From the NCBI GenBank assembly GCA_943372295.1, contig CALRYC010000003.1, positions 50,675 through 114,674 of the forward strand: a stretch of DNA of 64,000 nt, in the 5' to 3' direction. Every line of letters begins with the position of its first letter. Position 1 is the stretch's first letter. This document shows, one piece after another, positions 1-9,736 of the stretch. Origin of the DNA: Chitinophaga pinensis. GTDB taxonomy: Bacteria > Bacteroidota > Ignavibacteria > Kapaibacteriales > Kapaibacteriaceae. The notes beneath the pieces are model-generated. The model had not been told where the DNA came from and did not search any database. It saw nothing but the letters and a program-made list of their open reading frames with translations. The position numbers and the translations under genes are program-made.

Positions 1-188
1 CTGTAGGTGTAATACTCGCCGCGGTAAAGCGCTTTCTTCTCCTCCCAAGAGGTCAAGAGCTGACGCACCTCCGCGTCGAGCTGTGCCTCCAGATCCTGAG
101 CTGTCTGACGGAGCATCTCGATAGCCAAACGCTGGATCTCCTCCTGCGTCATCTCGCCCCCTACTAATGTGGTCTTATCGATATCCAT
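1..188 (-). CDS. Partial ORF (first 62 codons, runs off the window); possibly the C-terminal mutase-barrel half of a split IcmF-type acyl-CoA mutase
   Basis: ATG at 188-186, five nt after the stop of the upstream lipoprotein gene. Open to position 1 (MDIDKTTLVGGEMTQEEIQRLAIEML...LLTSWEEKKALYRGEYYTY). Absent from the ORF track because it is truncated. The resemblance to the IcmF inter-domain linker is from memory only. Confidence 0.35.
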   Translation of the reverse strand, partial: MDIDKTTLVGGEMTQEEIQRLAIEMLRQTAQDLEAQLDAEVRQLLTSWEEKKALYRGEYYTY

Positions 189-192
189 CAGC

Positions 193-1560
193 TCACTTTG
201 CGTGTGTTACGGATTGAAGAGAAATCTTCGAAAGCAGTCCGCCCGACCAGAGCGTGCGCACCTGGCCGGCATCAACCCGAACATCCGAAGGCGGAAGAAC
301 GATGCTCCTGGTTCCGGCCCGATACGCGATGATGGTATAGGTGCCTGGAGCTAACGCAAGAAACTGGTCCTGACTGCCAGGAATGGTGCTGAATTCCCGA
401 AACTCCAGACTTCGGAATCCCTCAGGGATGGTCTCGGTCGTGTCCTGCTTCAGTGCGATGTCGATCATCGGTGCATCCGGACAAAGATTTCCAAAGCGGA
501 TGTATGCCAACGCCGCGTTCGGAGCACGCTCGGGTTCGCTGAGTTCAAGGCCGACAATATTGGGTGGCACCAGCGTACCGCTTACGAACATGGTCTTCCT
601 GCTGCGAAGCGTTGCAATTGTGCGGACGTTGTCCACAAGGGGCGTTCCATTGGTGAGAATCTCAAGCGCGTGTGTGCCGAGATCCAACTCGAGGTAGCCC
701 GTAGCATTGGGGAACGGAATCTGTGACATCGACGGAATGATCTTGCCGTCGATCTTCACATCGATCGATCGAATTCCCGTGACGGCGTTGACAACCTGAA
801 AGCTGCCCACATCGGGCGGTATCAAAAGATCCACGGCCGCACTCTGGTCGTTATCGGAATACAGCCGCGCGGTGAAAACCCACGCATCACCCGTATTGAG
901 TGTGCCCGTGAGAAACAGCGTGTATGAAGCTCCCTGAACGAAGCTCACACCTCGCGTTGCTGCGTCGTAAGGGATCTGCCACTGGCGAACAACCTTTATC
1001 TGGCGCTCTCCGGGGTCGACCGATACCCACTTCGAAACCTTGCGCAGCGGAAGATCGGCAATTGAGAATGCCTGGGTCTGATCAACATACACACTGAGCT
1101 CGCCAAGCGTCCACGTCCCGGCATCCGAGGCGTTGATCACACGAATTCGGGCCTTTCCGGGCGCAGGACTTCCGGAATCTCGCACGACCACAACCGAGTC
1201 AGCAAAGCGCATTGGCTCAAAGGCTGACGTTGCCGGAAAGACAACGGCCGAGCTCGGCACCTCCGCAGGGAATACAACACGGGCAGAGGCGTAAGGCTGG
1301 CTGCCCTCGCCGGCATCCACAACCACGTCCACCGGCTCGGACGAGGCGTCTATCTGACGAATCAGGCTGCGTGCGCCGGTCGGCACGGCCGAATCAAGCG
1401 GCACACCGGCGATACTCAGACGCGCGGATTTTGAAGGTTCCATGCCGTTGTAAAGGCGCACGGTTGTCTTCTGCGGCGTAGGAGCCGTTGGCTCGGTCTC
1501 ACCGCAGGAGACGATCATGAGTCCGGCCAAAGCGGCAAGGCAGCAACGTAATAGCAGCAT
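193..1560 (-). CDS. DUF4397-repeat lipoprotein
   Basis: Signal peptide plus lipobox (LAGLMIVSCGE). Repeated modules of the type xRIRVINAS.../AYIRFGNLCPDAPMIDIAL typical of DUF4397. Its start overlaps the upstream stop (TAATG). Confidence 0.6.
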   Translation of the reverse strand: MLLLRCCLAALAGLMIVSCGETEPTAPTPQKTTVRLYNGMEPSKSARLSIAGVPLDSAVPTGARSLIRQIDASSEPVDVVVDAGEGSQPYASARVVFPAEVPSSAVVFPATSAFEPMRFADSVVVVRDSGSPAPGKARIRVINASDAGTWTLGELSVYVDQTQAFSIADLPLRKVSKWVSVDPGERQIKVVRQWQIPYDAATRGVSFVQGASYTLFLTGTLNTGDAWVFTARLYSDNDQSAAVDLLIPPDVGSFQVVNAVTGIRSIDVKIDGKIIPSMSQIPFPNATGYLELDLGTHALEILTNGTPLVDNVRTIATLRSRKTMFVSGTLVPPNIVGLELSEPERAPNAALAYIRFGNLCPDAPMIDIALKQDTTETIPEGFRSLEFREFSTIPGSQDQFLALAPGTYTIIAYRAGTRSIVLPPSDVRVDAGQVRTLWSGGLLSKISLQSVTHAK

Positions 1561-2984
1561 TATCGGCTCCGACGCTCTGACGTGCGCGTTTCTTCTAACT
1601 GTGCGATCGTACCGTTGACCTGCCAGAGTCGACGTGCAATCTCCGACTGTTTTACTACCCTCGCATCGTAGCGCTTGTTTTCCTCAACGAGCTCAGCCAG
1701 GTAGCGAGTTCTGTCCGGAGGAATGATGTAGATCTTCTCGCTCATCTCATCGCTGACCGAGTAGGATGACTCCCAGTCGAGCGCGCAGCGTTGCTTGAGG
1801 GCGTCCACAATCGACCGGTACAGAGTGTTCGTTCCGGGGTCGTTGAACTGCGAGGCGATCGTCCCATGCACGGGCATGTTCTCAAGGGGCTCAGAAAATC
1901 GCAGCCGGCTGCGCTGGTACTGTTTGCGCACATCCCGCAGGGCATCAAGTGCACCACGCTTATCGAACTTATTCAAGGCGATCAGGTCCGCATAGTCGAT
2001 CATGTCGATCTTCTCCAACTGCGTTGCGGCGCCGAATTCCGGAGTCATGACGTACATCGATACGTCACAGACTTCCGTGATCTGGCTGTCGCTCTGACCG
2101 ATGCCGGCCGTTTCGACGATGATCAGGTCGTACGCGGCATACGAGAGAATGCGTATCGCATCGGCCACGTGAGGGTTGAGAGCAACATTGGCCTCGCGCG
2201 TGGCAAACGAGCGCATGTACACGCGATCGTTGCTCACGGCATTCATCCGTATCCTGTCACCGAGCAAGGCCCCACCTGTCTTACGCTTTGACGGGTCGAC
2301 GCTGATGACGGCGATCGTCCGGTCGGGCTGGTCGAGCAGAAAGCGCCGCACGATCTCATCGGTGAGCGAGGATTTCCCGGCTCCACCCGTTCCCGTAATG
2401 CCGAGGACCGGACGCCGCACGGCATCGGCGGCAAAGCCGATCAGGTCATGCCGACCCCGCTCAGCACACGAGATCGCCTGGGCTATCGCCCTCGAATCAC
2501 GCATCCGGACGCGTTCGGCCAGGTGCTCGGGGTCGTCGATCGGCGGAATAAAGTCGGACTTGGCAACAAGGTCGTTGATCATCCCCTGAAGCCCCATTGC
2601 CCTGCCATCGTCAGGCGAATAGACCCGTGTGATGCCGGCTGCATGCAGTTCGTCGATCTCGCTCGGAAGGATCGTTCCACCACCTCCGGCAAAGATCCGG
2701 ATGTGGCTAGCCCCCTGCTCATCGAGTAGACGCCGCATGTAGGTGAGGTACTCCACGTGACCGCCCTGGTAGGACGTCATGGCAATTGCCTGTGCATCCT
2801 CCTGGATGGCACAGTCGACGACTTCGCGAACCGACCGGTTGTGTCCGAGGTGGATAACCTCGCAGCCCGTCGACTGGATAATGCGGCGCATGACGTTGAT
2901 GGCGGCATCGTGTCCGTCGAAAAGCGACGCCGCAGTAACGACGCGCACCATGGTCGAGGGCGAGTAGGGGGCTTGGGATTGCAT
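1560..2984 (-). CDS. Fusion of a cobalamin-binding domain and a MeaB/ArgK-type G-protein (N-terminal part of an IcmF-type isobutyryl-CoA mutase, lacking the mutase barrel)
   Basis: B12-binding signature ([16 protein letters not shown]). P-loop [13 protein letters not shown] and NKFD as in MeaB. The ORF ends at 474 aa, in the linker. Confidence 0.8.
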   Translation of the reverse strand: MQSQAPYSPSTMVRVVTAASLFDGHDAAINVMRRIIQSTGCEVIHLGHNRSVREVVDCAIQEDAQAIAMTSYQGGHVEYLTYMRRLLDEQGASHIRIFAGGGGTILPSEIDELHAAGITRVYSPDDGRAMGLQGMINDLVAKSDFIPPIDDPEHLAERVRMRDSRAIAQAISCAERGRHDLIGFAADAVRRPVLGITGTGGAGKSSLTDEIVRRFLLDQPDRTIAVISVDPSKRKTGGALLGDRIRMNAVSNDRVYMRSFATREANVALNPHVADAIRILSYAAYDLIIVETAGIGQSDSQITEVCDVSMYVMTPEFGAATQLEKIDMIDYADLIALNKFDKRGALDALRDVRKQYQRSRLRFSEPLENMPVHGTIASQFNDPGTNTLYRSIVDALKQRCALDWESSYSVSDEMSEKIYIIPPDRTRYLAELVEENKRYDARVVKQSEIARRLWQVNGTIAQLEETRTSERRSR

Positions 2985-3144
2985 CCGAATTGTCTCGAGA
3001 TGGGTGTGGACAACGTCGCAAAACTACACAGGATATAAGCTTTAAGGGGTCGGGGTAGTGCGCCGCGGCGGTATTCGGGTGATTCGTCCGCATATTGCCG
3101 CTGTCGATCAGGTCCACTTCCTTCCACGTCCATTTAAGCGAATC

Positions 3145-3351
3145 ATGACCAAAAACATCGGCACAACCGACAAAGTTCTGCGTCTTTCAGTCGCCGGCGC
3201 CTGCGTCGTAACAATCGCAACCGGAACGGTTTCCGGCACTCTGGCCCTGGTTCTGGGCATCGCAGCGGTTGCCCTGACGGGCACGGCGCTCTTCTCTTTC
3301 TGCGGACTGTACTCCGTCCTGGGTATAACCACCTGCAAAACCTCGCAGTAA
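3145..3351 (+). CDS. DUF2892 (YgaP-like) small membrane protein
   Basis: Internal ATG of ORF 3058..3351. Two hydrophobic helices and the C-terminal FCGLYSVLGITTC motif. Confidence 0.55.
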   Translation: MTKNIGTTDKVLRLSVAGACVVTIATGTVSGTLALVLGIAAVALTGTALFSFCGLYSVLGITTCKTSQ

Positions 3352-3361
3352 GACGTCCGTC

Positions 3362-4735
3362 GTGAACGCCGAGCTCATCATGCTTGGTGGCGCCGAAGAG
3401 ATCGGTGCCAACTGTTGCTACCTCGAGCTCGATGGCACGGGCGTGCTGATCGACGCCGGCCTTCACCCTCGCGACCGTACCGTGCGAGCCTTTCCGGACG
3501 TGGATGCACTTGGAGACCGGCCAACGGACGTTCTGGTGGTTACTCACGCCCACACAGACCACATCGGTGGAGTACCGTATGTGATGCGACGACATCCGCA
3601 CCTGCGTCCCGTCATGACGCATGCCACTCGCGACCTAAGCCATATTGTGCTGCACAATGGTGCACGACTCCTAAGGAGTGATATCGCGACGGCATTCCCG
3701 AAGCATTGGCTGGAGTTTTACGAGCGCGGAACCATCGAAGCGGTGCGGCAGGCCTTCGAAGCTGTTCCGTATGATGAGCCACTTCGCTTTCGCGGATACT
3801 CGGGTCGCTCGCCTATCGATCTTTCCTTTCACTGGGCCGGACACATCCTGGGATCGGCAAGCGTTTCTCTGAGTGTCAAGGGGTTTTCCATCCTCCATAC
3901 AGCCGACGTGATGATGTCGGATCAGTTTGTTGTGCCAAAGGCGCGTCTGCCACGGCACCATGTGGACGTGCTGATCACCGAAGCAACCAACGCCGCAACG
4001 GAGGATCTTCCGACGTATGCCGCTGAGACCAAGCGTTTGGCGAGCTTTATCAATGACGTTGCCGGACGCAACGGATCAGTACTTATACCGTGCTTTGCCA
4101 TGGGAAAACTGCAGGAAATGATCGTCCAACTCTACTCGCTGATGCGCAGAGGCAGTATTCCTCATTTGCCGATCTACTCCGGCGGCATAGGCGTGCGCAT
4201 CAACAAGGTCTACGATCAGTATTGCTACAGCGACCCGATGAAGCGTCCCGGATTCGAGATCTCCGACGTGCCCCAGGAGCGTCTGCGCCGCGACGAACTG
4301 GTAAGGGGCGACTTTATGCGCGAGCCGTCGATCGTTCTGGCGCCATCAGGCATGATGAATACCGGCACCATGTCGCATACTCTTGCCAGAGAGTGGTTCA
4401 TTCGTCCAAACTTTGGAATCGCCTTCATCGGCTATCAGGATCCTTACTCACCGGGCCACAGCCTGCTGACGTCGAAAAAAGGCGAACCGTTCGACTTCGG
4501 GTCCACACGCTCGCGACGTGTGTGTGAGGTCGAACGGTTCCGATTCAGCAGTCATGCCTCGCGCGAGCACCTTATCGAGCTCGCTCAAGACATCCGCCCT
4601 TCAACGGTCGTGATCACCCACGGGGACTCGGGTGCGTGCGAGTCTCTCGCGCTGGCTATTCACGAACGCCTTCCCGGCACACGAATCATCATTCCACGGC
4701 ACGGAGTTTCTTACACTCTGCTCTGCGACGCCTGA
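3362..4735 (+). CDS. MBL-fold beta-CASP family hydrolase (RNA-metabolising metallo-beta-lactamase type)
   Basis: GTG start. HxHxDH motif (THAHTDHIGG), followed by beta-CASP-like and C-terminal motifs (LITEATN, ITHGD). Confidence 0.75.
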   Translation: MNAELIMLGGAEEIGANCCYLELDGTGVLIDAGLHPRDRTVRAFPDVDALGDRPTDVLVVTHAHTDHIGGVPYVMRRHPHLRPVMTHATRDLSHIVLHNGARLLRSDIATAFPKHWLEFYERGTIEAVRQAFEAVPYDEPLRFRGYSGRSPIDLSFHWAGHILGSASVSLSVKGFSILHTADVMMSDQFVVPKARLPRHHVDVLITEATNAATEDLPTYAAETKRLASFINDVAGRNGSVLIPCFAMGKLQEMIVQLYSLMRRGSIPHLPIYSGGIGVRINKVYDQYCYSDPMKRPGFEISDVPQERLRRDELVRGDFMREPSIVLAPSGMMNTGTMSHTLAREWFIRPNFGIAFIGYQDPYSPGHSLLTSKKGEPFDFGSTRSRRVCEVERFRFSSHASREHLIELAQDIRPSTVVITHGDSGACESLALAIHERLPGTRIIIPRHGVSYTLLCDA

Positions 4736-5371
4736 TCACCGATTGATTATCAGGGGGCTCTGCAACACGTGGCCCTGCATGGTACGAGACAGCACCGTGT
4801 AGGTTCCGATTCCCAGATCGGTCACGTCCACCGTACACATTCGCGTTGCCTCGCCGGGAGACACCAGCTTCACCCGCGCGCCACGGGCATCGATGATCTC
4901 AATTCTCTGCACCGGCTGCGTCCACGTAAGATGTACCTGCTCGGTGGCCGGACGTGGCATTACGTCGAGTTCGCCCCCTGCCTGAACCTGTTCATGCACC
5001 GATGTCGTCACGGGGGCGGGTCGCATGATGGCATGAAAGCCAATGCTCGCCATTGTGCGATCGGGTCTAAGTGCGTCGCGAACAACGAATCGATACCGAC
5101 GGCCATCGCTTATGCCCGCGGGAATCGTCCACGTCAATTCTCGCTGCTGTCGCGTCACGTTGTTAGCGATCGCGGCAGTGGTTGCGCGCACGCCGTCCCA
5201 AAGCTCAATGTTGACAACGTCAGCTTCGAGGTCGTCACTCCAACGGATGGTGACAACGCTCCCCGGAAGCAGACTCATAGAGGACTCGGCAGAATGCACT
5301 GTCACATCGGCCCGAAGGAGAACGAATCCAGCCAGAATGTGGACAAGACAGATGATGATGTTCGTTTTCAT
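4736..5371 (-). CDS. Secreted protein with a Kre9/KNH-like (GPI-anchored Ser/Thr-rich type) domain and a T9SS C-terminal sorting domain
   Basis: Signal peptide. ITWS-type module (VVTIRWSDDLEADVVNIELWDG ... TWTIPAGISDGRRYRFVV). C-terminal beta-sandwich tail (IEIIDARGARV...GIGTYTVL). Confidence 0.55.
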   Translation of the reverse strand: MKTNIIICLVHILAGFVLLRADVTVHSAESSMSLLPGSVVTIRWSDDLEADVVNIELWDGVRATTAAIANNVTRQQRELTWTIPAGISDGRRYRFVVRDALRPDRTMASIGFHAIMRPAPVTTSVHEQVQAGGELDVMPRPATEQVHLTWTQPVQRIEIIDARGARVKLVSPGEATRMCTVDVTDLGIGTYTVLSRTMQGHVLQSPLIINR

Positions 5372-5382
5372 GAGGTGATTTC

Positions 5383-6375
5383 CTAATAGTAATGAATGGG
5401 GGTTTGAGTTACATGATGACCATCACGTACAACACACAGATACATACCTGTTGCCAGATCCTCCAATGCTATTCTTTCGATAGCCGAACTCCAGAGACTG
5501 CGATGAACGACCCGTCCTGTGGCCGTTAGGATCATGATCTCCCCATCAGCCGGCAGGGTTCGCTCGATGCTGATTGTTTCTCCGCTCCTGCTCACGCGAA
5601 CAGAACTGCTCGGTAGCTCTTCAACATCTGATGTCCGCGGCCGAAACATGGCGTTGAACACCGTCGTGACGTTGATCGGCCAGCACAGCGTCCTGATCAC
5701 CTGAAATGGCGCGTAGATATCGTAGGGTACCCTCGTATACGTACACGTCCAGAACAGGAACTCGTACTTCTGATTGCTCCATGCATTCAGTCGGAAAGGG
5801 GCTTGTCCGGTATTGACTGCTTGATCGGCAGTCGGCTCCACAAGACCCGGTTCGGTGATCTCAAGCCCAGTATCATAATCGATGGCCGCGGCGTGGGCAC
5901 GGAAGCCCCGACTGACCATGAACGAGAAACTGTTCGTGTCGGTGGTCTTTTTGCCCCGCCAGTACTCGCAGTACATATGCACCTCATATGTCTTGATCTT
6001 TCCCGGATCGGTCTCGGCGGTAAGTATCTCTTCGGGTATGACCATGACGCGCTCGGCGTTCTCACACAGCACCTTCGCCGGTACCTTGCGAACGATTCGG
6101 CTCGCCCCTTTCCCCGTCACTTCGAAGAGCTCCGCACACGACCCTGAAGGCATCAGACCCGTTGGTGGCATGGGTGATGTTTTGCCGATCCTGAGCGTAT
6201 CAAGACACTGCGGGACAACGCCATTCCAAGTCTCATAAGGTATCTCGATCGTGCGCTCGTAGCAGGTAACAGGGGGAAGAACCGGCTGTGCGTGGGCAAG
6301 TGTAGCTCCCATTATCGAGAGCAGCAGTTGAAAACGGATCATGCTCATGGTGGATGTCCAATGATGATTGTACAT
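5383..6375 (-). CDS. Secreted hypothetical protein with a T9SS C-terminal sorting domain
   Basis: Signal peptide (alternative start at 6348, MSMIRFQLLLSIMGATLAHAQ). CTD-like tail (ILTATGRVVHRS...LATGMYLCVV). Lies 12 nt after the upstream gene. Confidence 0.55.
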   Translation of the reverse strand: MYNHHWTSTMSMIRFQLLLSIMGATLAHAQPVLPPVTCYERTIEIPYETWNGVVPQCLDTLRIGKTSPMPPTGLMPSGSCAELFEVTGKGASRIVRKVPAKVLCENAERVMVIPEEILTAETDPGKIKTYEVHMYCEYWRGKKTTDTNSFSFMVSRGFRAHAAAIDYDTGLEITEPGLVEPTADQAVNTGQAPFRLNAWSNQKYEFLFWTCTYTRVPYDIYAPFQVIRTLCWPINVTTVFNAMFRPRTSDVEELPSSSVRVSRSGETISIERTLPADGEIMILTATGRVVHRSLWSSAIERIALEDLATGMYLCVVRDGHHVTQTPIHYY

Positions 6376-6387
6376 GACGGTATGATT

Positions 6388-9300
6388 CTATCGGACAACG
6401 GCGCGGGAGACAAACCACTGTCCACGCAGACGATAATCAGCATTTTCCTCGGAGAGGAAAATACGCGGCGCTGTTGGGGTTGACATTCCCCAGAGGTTGT
6501 ATGCCGATTCGATGTACGTTACCTCTGCAAGGTGATCGTCCTGTTCGGCGATCGGCAGAAGTGCTGCGATGAGTTTAGCCCCGAGTGAGATCACATCGTA
6601 GATAGCGTCCTCTTTCTTCGGATCCAGTGTGTCTCCCTTGTATCGATCAGAACGTATCTGCATCTCGCCGAGAACGTGATGGAGATTGTTCACAAGACAG
6701 CGGTCGTTGCCCTTACAATCCTCATCCCATGAGCCGATCTTCGCAAAAGCAAGATCTGACCAATCCATCCAGGCCGTCTGCAGCCAGATCTCGCGATCAC
6801 CAAAGCTGAAGACATCACCTTCGTCTCCACACTCACGCGTGCAGTCTCCCTCCGGAGTTCGTTGCTGACGGCAATCCGGGTAGCGCACAAAGCCGTCGGC
6901 ATTTACAATTGGACCCATTGGCGATGTGTTCATGCCGTACAGTGCATGGTACATCTCGGCATGGTCTTCCCAGAAGAAGTAGTCGGTATCTCCATCGTAG
7001 GCAAACTTGACGTCCGTGGCGCGCAGACCTAACCCGGGAAGCTCCATGCGTCTGACCGCGAATATCTTCATCGTTTCAAGGGGCTCACCGTCGATAGAGC
7101 GCAGTCCCGTTGTGCACAGTAGGTCGATCATCCCAGCATGCAGAGCCTGCTTGATCGGCTTCGTGCCGGGCTGGTACACGGCAAACTCCACGATGTCGAG
7201 ATACTGTCCCGTTGATGACTGCACCAGCGTGTTACCCTGTTCCGTGCTTACCGCCGTGAAGTCCAGATCTCTTGCCTGCGGATCTGTGTGAAGAATGTTG
7301 GCCGTGCACTCTGCAGATATCGTTCCGGCGTAGGCCGAAGCCACATCAACGGGCCTCGAAAAGCGAAGCTTAATGGTTGTTCCACGACGGGCGATGTACT
7401 CGATCTGACGTCCACCACGAGGCTCGTCACGGTCGATATCGTAGTAGAGCAATGGATCATACCACCGCTCTTCGAAACGGTATTTCCAGCGCTCACCACC
7501 CTGATGTGTGCGGACGCGGAACGAAACGGCATCGATGACAAATCGTTTTCGGAATGCCGCGCGGATTGCCACTTCGCGGTGACCAAGCATCTGTCCATCA
7601 CACGATGCAGCATCGAAGTTCGCGATCGATTCATCGATCTTCAGAATGTACACCGGTGCATTGTCCACCTGGTCCGTGCCTCGTGGCAACGCATACCTGT
7701 CTCGTGCCGTCCACCATCGCCACTGCTCACCTCGCTGCGTGGCGGCGCGCACGATAAGTCGGATCTTATCACCACATCGTAATCCTGCACGTTGCGTTGA
7801 TATGCCGTTCATCATACAGATCGATGTTGACAGAGGAATCCACCTCTCCACACCATTGATCGTAACAAGCTTGTCAACATCGATCCGAGTCTCGCTGTGC
7901 GGGGCTTGGCCGGTGATGACGTCATCATCACTGTCCTTTGAAAGAAGTACGCGCTCGATCCGAACGTCGATCGGCACGCGTCGACCAAAGAACACGAGTG
8001 TGTTTTCCGGATCCAGCAACTCAGCATCAACACAAAGGTCTTTTCGCCCCCTGTCAAACCAGACCGGCGGACCCGTAGCAGCATCATGATAGCCAACGAT
8101 CTCCCAGCAGTCTTCTGCAAGAACACAGACCGTTCGCGTTGTTCGTTGTGTTTCCTCGAACTCGTTGGGCGTTGTGAACTGCACGTGGTCAGCGATCGAG
8201 TAGCCCTCTTCCGGCTGGGAGTTCGCAATACGGGCCACAAGTCGATATCGGTCGCCCACAACCGGCGTCAGCTTGAAGAACCGTGGGTTGATGTACACGT
8301 GGGGCTGAATCCCGGAGTAGCCACCGGCCGGTGAGTTCTGCGATCCAGCTCCTGGATTTACGGCCGAATGCACCAGTGACGTTACGGGCACGGTCACCGA
8401 CGGAGCAGTGATCGCCTGGCATCCCGAGATGTTGGACGTCCACGACGAGAACGTTGCTCCTGTCAGAGGTCGCGCCGAAAGAATGAGTCGCTTGATCGTT
8501 GTGTCCACCATCAGCGTCACAGAATCTTCTACCACAGCAAGCTCCCGTCCATCCTGGTCGCTCACGACAACCGTGCCCAACGTATCAGCCGAGATCGTCA
8601 CCGCTATCGTGTCGAGATACTCATACACCGCAAGCGCCTCGATCTCGGGCTGCAGCGTAGTACAGTCGAGCGGCGACTGCACTGCTGGCGTGATCGAGCC
8701 ATTCACCTGCGGAATCATCGGACACTCCCATCGCACAAAGCGCCATCGATCGTCGGCATACTCCGGCATGGAAAGAGCCAGTCCACTCATCGGAGTGATC
8801 ACGCCACCAAGTCTGTGCGCCGCGGAATCAAGCGTCTCCGCTACTGCTCGTCCATCCGTCGACACACACCGCACACTAAACCGCGTAGCGCCACGAACCA
8901 TAGATTCTATGCGTCGGTCATCAGATGCCTCACCCGTGATCCGAGACAGACGTACATTCATTCGCAGGGATAATCCCGGGTTCCACCCCTGTTTAGAAAC
9001 AACAGCGGCAAGTGTCCGAGTAACGCGCTGGATATGATGTCTTGGGGCCGGTCCCCACGTTCCGTCAGAGCCAGGCTGCTCGACCTCGACGAGATCATAC
9101 AGCGACACGTCGTCATCGACCGGTGCGGTGAACGGCAGCCAGATAACGGTGGAGCAGGAGACCACCTGATTGCTATCCAAGGTGCTCGTCTGAAGCCTTG
9201 GCACGTTGCCTGCTGTTGTGAACTCTATATCCAGCGGAGGCAGCTCCTCCGGACCTTGCGCCGATTCCACCACGATACCCTGCACAATGCATCGGTAGCT

Positions 9301-9648
9301 TGTTCCGGGAAGTAGCCGTCGCGGCTTCCATTCCACCGTGTAGTCATCAAGCTGCCGCACATCGCCGACGATGCATCGCTTGATCCATTCGTGTCGATCG
9401 AGTGTTTCCGACTCACCCTTTCGAATCACCATCACCGTTGGCTCCCGATCGCGACCTCCTTTGGATGAACGGGGAAGCCCGCGTGCAAGCGAAGACGCGT
9501 GAATCGGCGAAGGGGCGCGTACCCGTATGCTGGCAGAAGGAGACACGTCCAACTGCCCATCATATGGCGTGCTGGTAAGCGAGGCAACCTGTGCAAGGAT
9601 GGCCGACGTTGTCAGCAGTGAACACAGAACCATAGATAGATACCACAT
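6388..9648 (-). CDS. Large secreted protein (1086 aa), function unknown
   Basis: Signal peptide. N-terminal Ig-like (SbsA-type) segment. F/W..W segments reminiscent of InlB B-repeat-like domains. Cys-rich C-terminal region. No catalytic motif recognised. Confidence 0.6.
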   Translation of the reverse strand: MWYLSMVLCSLLTTSAILAQVASLTSTPYDGQLDVSPSASIRVRAPSPIHASSLARGLPRSSKGGRDREPTVMVIRKGESETLDRHEWIKRCIVGDVRQLDDYTVEWKPRRLLPGTSYRCIVQGIVVESAQGPEELPPLDIEFTTAGNVPRLQTSTLDSNQVVSCSTVIWLPFTAPVDDDVSLYDLVEVEQPGSDGTWGPAPRHHIQRVTRTLAAVVSKQGWNPGLSLRMNVRLSRITGEASDDRRIESMVRGATRFSVRCVSTDGRAVAETLDSAAHRLGGVITPMSGLALSMPEYADDRWRFVRWECPMIPQVNGSITPAVQSPLDCTTLQPEIEALAVYEYLDTIAVTISADTLGTVVVSDQDGRELAVVEDSVTLMVDTTIKRLILSARPLTGATFSSWTSNISGCQAITAPSVTVPVTSLVHSAVNPGAGSQNSPAGGYSGIQPHVYINPRFFKLTPVVGDRYRLVARIANSQPEEGYSIADHVQFTTPNEFEETQRTTRTVCVLAEDCWEIVGYHDAATGPPVWFDRGRKDLCVDAELLDPENTLVFFGRRVPIDVRIERVLLSKDSDDDVITGQAPHSETRIDVDKLVTINGVERWIPLSTSICMMNGISTQRAGLRCGDKIRLIVRAATQRGEQWRWWTARDRYALPRGTDQVDNAPVYILKIDESIANFDAASCDGQMLGHREVAIRAAFRKRFVIDAVSFRVRTHQGGERWKYRFEERWYDPLLYYDIDRDEPRGGRQIEYIARRGTTIKLRFSRPVDVASAYAGTISAECTANILHTDPQARDLDFTAVSTEQGNTLVQSSTGQYLDIVEFAVYQPGTKPIKQALHAGMIDLLCTTGLRSIDGEPLETMKIFAVRRMELPGLGLRATDVKFAYDGDTDYFFWEDHAEMYHALYGMNTSPMGPIVNADGFVRYPDCRQQRTPEGDCTRECGDEGDVFSFGDREIWLQTAWMDWSDLAFAKIGSWDEDCKGNDRCLVNNLHHVLGEMQIRSDRYKGDTLDPKKEDAIYDVISLGAKLIAALLPIAEQDDHLAEVTYIESAYNLWGMSTPTAPRIFLSEENADYRLRGQWFVSRAVVR

Positions 9649-9736
9649 ACAGACCTCCGATAGATAAAAGGTGATTACTGCACACCACCATGGTGTACCT
9701 ATCGGTCGTCGTACGATTTAGGTCACAAACGTGACT

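Noticed and set aside
2985-3144. Cobalamin riboswitch upstream of the B12-binding/MeaB gene
   Set aside because: There is no B12-box (GCCACTG-type core) and no recognisable conserved stems on the minus strand of this 160-bp spacer.
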